Shown: piece by piece, positions 20,894-30,344 of the stretch | How the letters are laid out: each line of letters opens with the position of its first letter | Numbering within the stretch: position 1 is the stretch's first letter | Assembly: GCA_036337435.1 (NCBI GenBank) | Contig: JAYZEG010000063.1 | Location: 1 to 64,000, forward strand | Direction: 5' to 3' | Source: Myxococcota bacterium | Lineage (GTDB): Bacteria; Myxococcota_A; Bradymonadia; UBA7976; UBA1532 | DNA length: 64,000 bases | Position numbers and translations under genes: made by a program | The notes under the pieces: generated by a model | What the model was told of the DNA's origin: nothing | Seen by the model: the letters and a program-made list of their open reading frames with translations, nothing else | Database searches by the model: none

Positions 20894-21460
20894 ATGACCA
20901 TACCAGCATATCCCCTGAAGCGACTGCGTCTCGCAGTGGCGATAGCAGCGATTACGGTCTTCACATTAAGCTCCTCGGTTACGAGTGCACAAGAGCTCGG
21001 AGCAGGTTTGAGCGATGAGCAGAAAGCGCAGAAAGTGAGTCAGGCCTTAGTGACTATTAAGAATACTCTCAGCTTCACTCTGAAGCGCCTTGAACTCGCC
21101 CGAGAGAACAAAGATATTATTCAAGTCAATTGCGTCAACGATAAGCTCACTGGCATCAAAGGATTCTTGACCATTGCCGAGCGTTCTCAAGGCAGTTTGA
21201 AAGAAGCGAAGGCCCAGCGCGATTCTAATCTATTGCAACACGAATTTGCCAAAGTGATGCTGATTCGCGATCGTGTCGAAAACTTAAAATTACAAGTTGA
21301 AGGTTGCGTTGGCGAAATAAGTCAATATACGGGCAATAGTCAGTTGACGCTGGAGGTTGATCCAGATATTCGAACCGACGACCCTGCTGTTACTGAAGCA
21401 GTACCGACCTTCGAGGCACTCAATAGTGCTCGGCCTCCGGCGGTTACTGGCAGTGAATGA
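20894..21460 (+). CDS. Secreted alpha-helical protein with two Cys, unknown function
   Basis: Signal peptide; KDIIQVNCVNDKL...VEGCVGE; lies between the GltG-like gene and the barrel gene. Confidence 0.7.
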   Translation: MTIPAYPLKRLRLAVAIAAITVFTLSSSVTSAQELGAGLSDEQKAQKVSQALVTIKNTLSFTLKRLELARENKDIIQVNCVNDKLTGIKGFLTIAERSQGSLKEAKAQRDSNLLQHEFAKVMLIRDRVENLKLQVEGCVGEISQYTGNSQLTLEVDPDIRTDDPAVTEAVPTFEALNSARPPAVTGSE

Positions 21461-21575
21461 GGGGGGCTGGACGATGATTAAAGGGAGTAGTTCGCTTTTA
21501 TAGCGGCGACAAGTTGCAACATTGAACAACAATGCAGCGATAGCAAGTTCGCGAAGAACGGCGTTTGAACAGATA

Positions 21576-22913
21576 ATGAACAGGGTTAGCCTACACGTGT
21601 GCATCGCTCTGTTTACTGTTACGTCTTTAGCCCCACTCGGCAATGCTGATGCTGTGGGTCCAGGTATCCGCAGCACCAATGTTGTCTTGCATCCAAGATT
21701 AAGCCTCTCGACTGGATACGACAGTAATTTCTGGCGTGAATCTAATGCGGAGGCGACGTCACCGGTAAATCCCGTTACGGTTTTTAAATTTGGTGGCGGG
21801 CTCAGCTTAAAGAATCGAAACGCGAACCGCACTGGTTTCGTTCTGGATCTGGATGCGATGGGTCGCTACGTGACCACTGAAAACGCAGATGAGACGGCCA
21901 GTTCACTCGACCAAGCTGCGGCGATGGATCATGCCCGAGGCCAATTTAAGTTCTCGCTCTTGCCCAGAAAACCCATCTCCATTGATCTGTTCGCGCGCGG
22001 AAAATATTCGGAGCAACCAGGCGTCGAGCTCTTGAGGGAAGACGGCTACAATCGTCTGTCCGCATCCTTCGGGCCCGATATCAGGTTTCGGCCCGGTGGT
22101 CGACCTGGAAATCGTGCTTTGGAGTTGCGACTTGGCTACCGATTTACCATCGATCGAACAATCGCAACGTCTCGGTCGCTTGGCAGTAACCGTGGGGACA
22201 AGAATACTCAAGAACTCCAATTGCTTACGCGATGGAAGTTTTTTCCAAAGACGGCCGTCTTTATCGACGTCCGATATTGGATGGTAGATTACAGACAGGG
22301 TGTGGACTTGGACCAGGATGGCAACCAAGTGGATGGACCCAACCGAGATCTGAATCCACTGCGAGCCGAGTTAGGTATCCAGGGTTTGCTCACACCGCGA
22401 CTTTCCCTCACCTTGCGAGGTGGGTACAGCAACAGCTTTCATGACTCCGGGACGTCTTATGCGGGGCCAATCGCGCGAGCCGACATCGATTATCGCCTCG
22501 AGCCGCGTTTGACTTTAGGTATGGGGTACGCCTTCAAATTGGGGGATGACGCATTCTCCAACTATTATACGCTGCAGCGGGGCAACGTCAGAGCGACAGT
22601 CAACATGCCAGGCCGGGTCTTTATCAGTGGCCGTGTTGGAATCGACTACTACAAATATAGCCGAGAAGGCGCACCGATTTGGACTCTAACTTTGCCAGAG
22701 CGTACAGAGCCAATCCTGTTGGCTCGTGCCGAACTCGGCTGGGAACCGGTTGATTGGTTCACGCTTTCGGCCGCGTGGACCTTCGAGAACAATCGCAGCA
22801 AATATTACTACTGCCTCGGAGAAAATCCTGGCAATTGTTTTGCTGGTGACCCAATCGATCTCGCAGAGTATACTCGTCACACCGTTATGCTCAGCGCGAC
22901 CGGTAATTATTGA
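21576..22913 (+). CDS. Outer-membrane beta-barrel, polysaccharide-export porin type (Wzp/EpsX-like)
   Basis: Signal peptide; LHPRLSLSTGYDSN start motif; alternating amphipathic strands; aromatic C-terminal residue (ATGNY); adjacent to OPX gene. Confidence 0.8.
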   Translation: MNRVSLHVCIALFTVTSLAPLGNADAVGPGIRSTNVVLHPRLSLSTGYDSNFWRESNAEATSPVNPVTVFKFGGGLSLKNRNANRTGFVLDLDAMGRYVTTENADETASSLDQAAAMDHARGQFKFSLLPRKPISIDLFARGKYSEQPGVELLREDGYNRLSASFGPDIRFRPGGRPGNRALELRLGYRFTIDRTIATSRSLGSNRGDKNTQELQLLTRWKFFPKTAVFIDVRYWMVDYRQGVDLDQDGNQVDGPNRDLNPLRAELGIQGLLTPRLSLTLRGGYSNSFHDSGTSYAGPIARADIDYRLEPRLTLGMGYAFKLGDDAFSNYYTLQRGNVRATVNMPGRVFISGRVGIDYYKYSREGAPIWTLTLPERTEPILLARAELGWEPVDWFTLSAAWTFENNRSKYYYCLGENPGNCFAGDPIDLAEYTRHTVMLSATGNY

Positions 22914-22961
22914 TCCGCTTCGGTGGGTACACCACGCCTAGGTTGGGCTGGGAACGTTCGA

Positions 22962-23570
22962 ATGAAGAACTATCAATACGGAAAACTAATGCAGGTCGGC
23001 TTGCTCTTGGCCCTAGGCTGCGGGTCTGCCGCTCAAGTCCGTGACCTCCCCCCTATGCCGGACACAGCGACCATCATGCAGAGCGCGACGCTGGGTCCAG
23101 GCGATGTCGTCGAGGTACGAGTCTACCAGGAAAAAGAATTGTCTGGTTTGTTTCGAGTGGGCGTAGATGGCCTTTTTTCATATCCGCTGGTCGGTGAGGT
23201 AAGTGCCAAGGGGCTTACAGCCTCCCAACTTGCATCGACCATTACGACGAGTCTCAAAGCCGGTTACCTTCGCGAGCCTCAGGTCAGTGTTTTTGTCAAA
23301 GAATTTAACTCCAAGAAAGTCTTTGTGCTGGGTGAAGTAAGAAAGCCCGGGACTTTTCGTTATGAAGACAAGATGACCATTGTCCAGGCGGTTACCCTGG
23401 CAGGTGGACTGAAGGCCTTGGCTGCCAAAGATCGCTTGATATTGACACGCCTTGTCGAAGGTGATGAGAAGAAATTTGTCGTGCCCTTTGAGCGAATTAG
23501 CCAAGGTCGTGTCAGCAATATCTTCTTACAGCCAGGTGATATCGTTTTTGTTCCAGAAAGCTGGTTGTAG
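22962..23570 (+). CDS. wza: Short OPX polysaccharide export lipoprotein (Poly_export plus one SLBB domain, no OM helix)
   Basis: Lipobox LALGC; LGPGDVVEVRVY...YPLVGEV...YLREPQVSV; VFVLGEVRKPG; ends LQPGDIVFVPESWL. Confidence 0.9.
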   Translation: MKNYQYGKLMQVGLLLALGCGSAAQVRDLPPMPDTATIMQSATLGPGDVVEVRVYQEKELSGLFRVGVDGLFSYPLVGEVSAKGLTASQLASTITTSLKAGYLREPQVSVFVKEFNSKKVFVLGEVRKPGTFRYEDKMTIVQAVTLAGGLKALAAKDRLILTRLVEGDEKKFVVPFERISQGRVSNIFLQPGDIVFVPESWL

Positions 23571-23592
23571 CGACTCCAAACAACCAAGTGAT

Positions 23593-24588
23593 TCAATTGG
23601 TCAATTTTTCTAAGGCCATCTGTGCAAATCGTCGGCGGAAGCCCCTGCGAGTCAAGGCAAACTGGAGTCCCTGGCGTTTCCAAACACTCGGCAGCGGATG
23701 CGGTGTATCGGCCCCAGTCAAAAAACGTCTCACCAGTTCTGAGCGCCGCGTACGGGCTGGGAGTGGCTCTAGAGGCCAAATGTTAAAATGGTGGAGTCTA
23801 GCTAATGCCAGTTGAAAAGCCAGGTCGAGGTCCACGGATATCGCTTGCTCTCCGAGCTGTTGCCATGTCATCGGGTTCGGTCCGTATCGTAGATCCTTTA
23901 AGATGAGAGCCAGATCGACATAAGCCCAAAGCCCGTCAACGAATGATGCTTTAGCTTGGTTAATCAACCAAATATTCAGGCGATCGACCGGACAAGGGAA
24001 ACGGTAGGTGAGTCCGTCTATGGTGCGCACCGAGCCGTTAGAAATTAACGAGGCCCAGTGAAGTTTAGATAAGTGGATAGGCGCAAAAGTAGTGTGAATT
24101 TCCACCAGACACCCGCTTTGCTCTATGCCAACTGAAGATGCGCTTGATGCCCTGAGCGAGTCTGCTCCAAACATGCTCTGAATCTCTGCGCGACTGTTTG
24201 GATGGGCGATCAGATCGAGGTCGGCACACTGACGCGACCCCGGGTCTCGGTAAAGATTTTCAGCGTAGTCTAGGCCTTTGATGGCTAGACAATCTTGAAC
24301 AGTTCCTTCAGGGAATTGAGACAGGACAGCGATTTGGCTGAGATAGCGTGAGGTGTTTTGCTGCCAGATTGTTCGGCAGAGTTGAGTGTTTGCCTCGCTC
24401 AAATGCCCTTCGATGTGGTAGAGAAGACCACCGATGCGCTGTACGCGAATGTACTCGGTTAGATCTTCGCGTATTTGCGGTCGAATGGTGCTGTCATCGA
24501 TCCAATTTCGGAGCGTTCGATGTACTTCAGCACGGCCCTTTGAGCTTGTCGGCAGCGTTTTTTCACTGTGTTCTGTCACCGAGCTCAT
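23593..24588 (-). CDS. Nucleotidyltransferase family protein (NTP_transf_5-like)
   Basis: AIKGLDYAENLY.DPGSRQCADLDLIA and VEIH motifs. Confidence 0.7.
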   Translation of the reverse strand: MSSVTEHSEKTLPTSSKGRAEVHRTLRNWIDDSTIRPQIREDLTEYIRVQRIGGLLYHIEGHLSEANTQLCRTIWQQNTSRYLSQIAVLSQFPEGTVQDCLAIKGLDYAENLYRDPGSRQCADLDLIAHPNSRAEIQSMFGADSLRASSASSVGIEQSGCLVEIHTTFAPIHLSKLHWASLISNGSVRTIDGLTYRFPCPVDRLNIWLINQAKASFVDGLWAYVDLALILKDLRYGPNPMTWQQLGEQAISVDLDLAFQLALARLHHFNIWPLEPLPARTRRSELVRRFLTGADTPHPLPSVWKRQGLQFALTRRGFRRRFAQMALEKLTN

Positions 24589-24611
24589 GGCGTTAACCGA
24601 AAGGAACTAGA

Positions 24612-25550
24612 ATGGCACGTATTTTGGTCACTGGGGGAGCCGGTTTTGTCGGATCGAATCTGGTCCATGCTTTGCTCGCTCGCGGCGATGAAGTCGTTGT
24701 GATTGACAATTTCTCGACGGGCCGGATAGAGAATCTAGCTGACGTTCGCAATCGTATCAAGCTGATTGAAGGCTCGCTCGCTGATCCCAAAGCAGTCTCA
24801 GAAGCACTTGAGGGGGTCGACGGTGTATTGCATCAAGGGGCACTGCCGTCAGTCCCGAAGTCTCTGGCTCTGCCCCTAGAGACCAATGAGGCAAACATTG
24901 TTGGTACGCTCACGCTTTTGGAGATGTGTCGTAAAAAGGACGTCCAGAGGGTGGTCTACGCAGCATCGTCGAGTGCTTATGGCGATCATGATGCTCCCAT
25001 TAAGACGGAGACGCTCGAACCAAGACCCAAATCCCCCTACGCAGTTCAAAAACTCACAGGGGAATATTATTGCTCAGTCTATCACCAGCTCTTTGGGATA
25101 AATACAGTCGCACTCCGGTACTTCAATGTATTTGGCCGTCGGCAAAATCCGTCGAGCCAGTACGCGGCAGTGGTCCCAGCATTTGTGACTCGGATTCTCC
25201 AGGGAAAAGCCCCAGTGGTTTATGGCGATGGAACGCAGTCAAGGGATTTCACCCATATCGATAATGTCATCGATGCTAACTTCAAAGCCCTAGATGCACC
25301 CAGTGATGTTTGTGGTCGTGTCTACAATGTGGGATGCGGATCCAGTGTGACTCTGCTTGACCTGATTGAATCGATCAATAAGACCCTCGGGACTGAGGTC
25401 AAGCCGCAGTTTGATCCGCCTCGAGCGGGCGACGTGATGCACTCACGTGCCGACATTGAACAGACGCGCAAAAACATCGGATACAACCCTGAAGTAGATT
25501 TCAATGAAGGCCTTCGTCGCACAATTGATTGGTACCGTCGGACTAATTGA
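24612..25550 (+). CDS. NAD-dependent nucleotide-sugar 4-epimerase (WbpP/GalE-like)
   Basis: TGGAGFVGS, YAASSSAYG, SPYAVQK, LRYFNVFG, GDGTQSRDF. Confidence 0.92.
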   Translation: MARILVTGGAGFVGSNLVHALLARGDEVVVIDNFSTGRIENLADVRNRIKLIEGSLADPKAVSEALEGVDGVLHQGALPSVPKSLALPLETNEANIVGTLTLLEMCRKKDVQRVVYAASSSAYGDHDAPIKTETLEPRPKSPYAVQKLTGEYYCSVYHQLFGINTVALRYFNVFGRRQNPSSQYAAVVPAFVTRILQGKAPVVYGDGTQSRDFTHIDNVIDANFKALDAPSDVCGRVYNVGCGSSVTLLDLIESINKTLGTEVKPQFDPPRAGDVMHSRADIEQTRKNIGYNPEVDFNEGLRRTIDWYRRTN

Positions 25551-25643
25551 TGGCCTCCGAGGAGATTTGGTGTTGTAGGGTGGCGCTCCGTTGCGTCAGG
25601 GTGTAAGGAAGGCTCGTAGAGCTTGGTTAAGTTGGGCATAGAA

Positions 25644-26960
25644 ATGATCACACTAAAAGAAAAACTGGACGATCGAAGCGCGCTTGTTGGCGTCATTGGA
25701 CTCGGCTATGTCGGCCTACCGCTTGCGGTTGCATTCGGAGAAGCAGGGTATTCCGTTCTCGGTTTTGAGGTCGACGAGAGTAAGGTGACCGCTTTGAAGA
25801 GTGGGTCGTCCTACATTCCGGACATTGAGACGGCTCGAATTGCTGCCCTGATTGAAGAACAGCGGATCGATGCAACCACTGACTTCTCACGCTTATCAGA
25901 ATGCGACGCCATCAGTGTTTGCGTGCCAACGCCACTGAGGAAAACTCGAGACCCAGACCTGACTTATATTATCAAAGCGACTGAGCAAATTGCTCAGCAT
26001 CTACGTGCAGGCCAGCTTATCGTGCTTGAAAGTACGACTTATCCAGGTACGACCATGGAAATTGTTGCGCCGAAACTAGCCGTGTCAGGCTTTGAGATTG
26101 GTCGAGATGTCCACTTGGCCTTTAGTCCGGAACGAATTGATCCAGGTAATGAAACCTTTACCGTGGAGAACACGCCGAAGATCATTGGTGGTGTCTCACC
26201 GGCCTGTACCGAGGCCGCAGGTGCTTTGTACTCGGCTATCGTTAATTCGGTCATTCCTGTCTCGAGCCCCACTGCGGCCGAGATGGTCAAACTTCTAGAA
26301 AATACATTCCGGGCGGTCAACATCGGTCTTGTCAATGAAATTGCCATCATTGCCAACAAACTCAATTTAGATGTTTGGGAGATTATTGAAGCGGCTGCGA
26401 GTAAACCTTTCGGGTTCATGCCCTTCTATCCGGGTCCAGGCCTGGGTGGGCATTGTATCCCAATCGATCCTCATTATTTGAGTTGGAAACTACGCACCCT
26501 CAACTATCGGACGCGCTTTATTGAGTTAGCTGATGATATCAATAACCACATGCCCGAATACGTCGTTGACAAAGTTGGGTATGCTCTCAATGAAGACCGA
26601 AAGCCCATCAATGGCTCAAAAGTTCTCATTATGGGCGTCGCATACAAGCGAAACATCACCGACTGGCGTGAATCGCCGGCTGTGCCAATCATAGAGAAAT
26701 TACTTGGTCGCGGGGCTGATGTGTCCTACCAAGATGACTTTGTCCCTGAGCTTCCACTTGGCTCCCATGGGTCAGGTGAGGTTTTAACGTCAGCGAAATT
26801 GGATTACTCGGCCCTTCAGAGCTATGATTGCGTCGTGATCGTAACCGACCATAGTTACTACGATGTAGAGGCATTAGTCGCGTATTCCCAACGTGTTGTT
26901 GATACGCGCAACTTGACTGGTCAATATGGGCGGGATGACCAGAAGGTGATTAAGCTTTGA
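25644..26960 (+). CDS. UDP-N-acetylhexosamine 6-dehydrogenase (WbpA/WbpO/WecC family)
   Basis: GLGYVGLP, CVPTP, LESTTYPGTT, FSPERIDPG, KLLENTFRAVNI, GGHCIPIDP, DWRESP. Confidence 0.93.
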   Translation: MITLKEKLDDRSALVGVIGLGYVGLPLAVAFGEAGYSVLGFEVDESKVTALKSGSSYIPDIETARIAALIEEQRIDATTDFSRLSECDAISVCVPTPLRKTRDPDLTYIIKATEQIAQHLRAGQLIVLESTTYPGTTMEIVAPKLAVSGFEIGRDVHLAFSPERIDPGNETFTVENTPKIIGGVSPACTEAAGALYSAIVNSVIPVSSPTAAEMVKLLENTFRAVNIGLVNEIAIIANKLNLDVWEIIEAAASKPFGFMPFYPGPGLGGHCIPIDPHYLSWKLRTLNYRTRFIELADDINNHMPEYVVDKVGYALNEDRKPINGSKVLIMGVAYKRNITDWRESPAVPIIEKLLGRGADVSYQDDFVPELPLGSHGSGEVLTSAKLDYSALQSYDCVVIVTDHSYYDVEALVAYSQRVVDTRNLTGQYGRDDQKVIKL

Positions 26961-29122
26961 TGACCAATAGACCCCAAGACGAAGCGACGCTGACCCAATG
27001 GGCTGGTATTGTTTGGAAGCATAAGTGGCTCGTCGTCGCATTCATGGCTCTCTAGATTGCCGCAGGTGTTTTGTATACGAAGCGACAGCCGCGCATCTAT
27101 GAGGCGTCAACTCAACTTGTCATTGAACTCAATGCGCCCCGCTATTTGCCGCGTCGCGGGGCCGAGGTGGTCTCTCTTGGCTCTGGAACCAGCTGGAATA
27201 CCAAAGAATTTTTTGAGACGCAGTATCGGATTATCAAGAGTCGGATGGTGGCCGCAAAGGTGGTTAAAACTCTTGGTTTGGATCAGGACCTGGATTTTTT
27301 AGGGGTCACTAAGCTTGAGGAGGCTGACGCTCGGGCGAGGCGGTTGAAAAATGCGGATCCCATTTCCATCCTTGTGAGTCGCATTTCAGTTGATCCCGTG
27401 TCTGATAGCCGAGTTGCATTAATTCGGGTTCGCGATGAAAACCCCAGCCGCGCTGCCAAATTGGCCGATGCCATCGCTCAAGCCTATGCCGCTCAAAATG
27501 TCGACCGGAAGGTATCCGCTGCCATCGATGCGGTCGAGTGGCTTCGCAAGCAGGCGGGCGAACTCAAGTCAGAGCTCATTAAGGCGGAAAATGACCTCTT
27601 GGTGTTCAAACGGCAAAACAATATTTTGGGTGCAACCTTGGCTGACAAACAAAACTTTGTGAGCCTCGATTTACAAGATGCCCGTCGACAGAGTCGTGAT
27701 GCAAAACGTGAATCGGTCCAACTCAAAGCACAGCTTGACCAGGTCAGAAAACTGACGGGTATGCAGGCTCAATCCAGTGTGTCCGAGGTTTTGTCAAACG
27801 GCCTAGTCCAGCGTCTCAAAGAACAGCTGATCGGACTGAAAAACTCGCGCGTTGAACTCTTGAAGCGCTACTTGGAGAAACATCCAGATGTGTTGGTCGT
27901 GGACTCAAAAATCCGCAGGGTGGAAAAGAGTCTTCAGCGCGAGGTAAAGGGGATTCGACAGTCCATAGAGCGTCGTTACAAAGCCAGTCTGGTGAGCGAT
28001 AGTAAGCTGCGAGCAGAAGTTGTGGCACTGGAAGAACAGGCCAAGTCCTTACAGGCGCACGAGTTGGAGTACCGGCGGCGACAAGCGGCTATCGAATCTA
28101 AAAAAACGCTTCATATCCAAATGCTGAGTCGATTAAAGGAAGCTCAATTACAAGCAGAGGCCCGTGCCAATAATGTGCGTGTTTTGGATGCAGCACTGGT
28201 CCCTAAAGCGCCCATTCGGCCACGATTATTTCTGAACTTGGCGGTCGCATTGGTGTTGTCGGTCTTTGGTGGAATCGGCCTGGCCTTCCTCGTCGACCGT
28301 TTGGACAATACGGTCAAGAGTCAAGAGCAGCTGGAAGCCTTTGGATTGACTTTCTTGGGTATTGTGCCCTCCGTGCGTTCAGTGCGTGGAAAGGGCGGCA
28401 TGCCGAAGGCTCTCGAAAATCCAGACCGTTGTGTTATCGATCACCCCAATAGTACGTTGGCTGAGTGTGTGCGGATTATTCGCACCAATCTCTTGTTTAT
28501 GACACCTGAGCAAGAGCTCCGATCGATGCTGGTCACCAGTGCCGGGCCCAGGGAAGGGAAGACTTGCACTTGTGTCAATATTGGCGCGACCATGGCCATG
28601 TCAGGGAGCAAGACGCTGCTCGTCGACTCTGATTTACGTCGTCCGCGGTTGCACAAGATCTTTGGGTTTACCAACGAACGGGGCCTGACAAATCTAATTA
28701 TGGATGCGGATGCAAAAGTCGAAGATATGGCGATTAAGAGCGAAGTGGATCGCCTGGATATCTTGTGTAGCGGACCCCTTCCGCCCAATCCATCAGAAAT
28801 ACTACACACGCAAGGCTTTAAACGTACGCTTGCCTACCTGTTGAGGGAATACGACCGAGTCATCTTTGACTCTCCCCCCGTGGGCGCGGTGACCGACGCT
28901 CAGATTCTCGGCCAGCAACTAGACGGTGCAGTGCTCGTGGTGCGTGCCGGAGAAACCAGTAGAGACATGTTAAAGAAGGCAAAAGAATTGCTGGATACGG
29001 TCAATGTGCGCTTGCTGGGGGCCCTGCTCAATAATCTAGATGTCCGGCGCAAAGGGTATGGTCAGTACTCCTACCAGTATTACAGTCAACAAACTGATGA
29101 AACGACGGTCAAGCAGAGTTGA
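26960..29122 (+). pseudogene. wzc: Polysaccharide co-polymerase with fused BY tyrosine kinase (Wzc), interrupted by an in-frame TAG at codon 32; downstream ORF 27071-29122 is intact
   Basis: ATG 26960 overlaps the upstream stop (TGATG) and reads MTNRPQDEATLTQWAGIVWKHKWLVVAFMAL*IAAGVLYTKRQPRIYEAS; Walker A GPREGKT, A' VDSDLRRP, B IFDSPP; Tyr cluster GYGQYSYQYY. Confidence 0.85.
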
Positions 29123-29185
29123 CCAGATCATTTATGGGCCGTTTAACATCTTGGGTTTAATAACCTTAAAACAGGGTTGATTTCG

Positions 29186-30328
29186 ATGCGCGTTGTCACG
29201 TGTCTTCCACGATTATTAGCCTATGCAGACCGCTTTCGGATGCTGTGCGCTTTATCGCGTAAATTAGAGTGTTTACACGTACTCACTACCGATGAACCAA
29301 CGGCACTCAGCGACCTTTTGTCGGCCCATCCGAACATTAGGGTGGTCATCCTTCCCCGTAAGAGATTCAACCGGCTTGCATTCGACTGGGTATCTGAGCG
29401 CTTACGGGCAAAAAAACTCGATATCATTCATGATAATTTTGGCCATTTCGCACCGGTTTTTCAGGCTTGGGGCGGCTCTCGTTCGAGAGAGTACCGATTC
29501 ATATCAACGCTATACACGAATAATTGGGCTTGGTTTAATCGCGTCCGTAGCCCCCACCTCGACTTTGGTTGGAGTTATATTGGTCAGCGGATCATTACTC
29601 TTTGGCGAGATCGTAGAATTTGCCAGCATGCGGACCGAGTCTTGGTTTTGGGGCCAGGTCATGAAGATGACCTATTAGACGGTCACAATCTCGATACGTC
29701 TCGTGTTCGATGGGTTGAGTCGGAGGTTAATGTGACCCGCTTTCAGGCTCATGACCACAAACTGAGTCATCCACCAACGCTACTGTTCACTGGGGCCGTT
29801 TGTCGAAACAAAGGCATTGATATCCTGCTAAAAGCGTTGAGCTCAATGACCGATCTTCCCTATCGACTGAGATTGGTAGGTCGAATTCTTCCCTGGGAAC
29901 AACAGTGGTTTGAAGACGCCGTAAAAGAGGCCGATCTTGGTGATAAATTGGTTCACGTGCCTCAGGTGCCCAGGGCCGAAATGGCTGAGCAATATCGAGG
30001 TGTTCACTCTTTGGTGTTTCCCTCCCGTTTCGAGGGCTCACCACGCAGTGTGCGTGAGGCCTTGGCATCAGGAATCCCAGCGATCGTGTCCGACATCGCA
30101 GGACATCGAGGGTTGGACCCAGCTGGTCATTTCTTGAGATTCGTTGATTCCTTCGACCCTGATTCTTGGTCTGTATCTATTCGAGAGGCGTTGAATGAAC
30201 CACAGTTCCAGCATCAGGAACGTCGACGTTTGGGAGCGGCCCACATGCTTAAATCTCATAGCTTCGACGCCGTTGCTGAGCGCCTTTTGGAGAATTATAA
30301 AGCCATACTGAAGCAGCCACCGCGTTGA
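29186..30328 (+). CDS. Glycosyltransferase family 4
   Basis: LLFTGAVCRNKGIDIL and FPSRFEGSPRSVREALASGIPAIVSD. Confidence 0.88.
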   Translation: MRVVTCLPRLLAYADRFRMLCALSRKLECLHVLTTDEPTALSDLLSAHPNIRVVILPRKRFNRLAFDWVSERLRAKKLDIIHDNFGHFAPVFQAWGGSRSREYRFISTLYTNNWAWFNRVRSPHLDFGWSYIGQRIITLWRDRRICQHADRVLVLGPGHEDDLLDGHNLDTSRVRWVESEVNVTRFQAHDHKLSHPPTLLFTGAVCRNKGIDILLKALSSMTDLPYRLRLVGRILPWEQQWFEDAVKEADLGDKLVHVPQVPRAEMAEQYRGVHSLVFPSRFEGSPRSVREALASGIPAIVSDIAGHRGLDPAGHFLRFVDSFDPDSWSVSIREALNEPQFQHQERRRLGAAHMLKSHSFDAVAERLLENYKAILKQPPR

Positions 30329-30344
30329 TCAGGTTGAAGCCCAT

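Noticed and set aside
27053..27055. Amber recoding (pyrrolysine or alternative genetic code)
   Set aside because: TAG is the normal terminator of rplU, obgE and several other genes here; no other read-through case or pyl genes in the window
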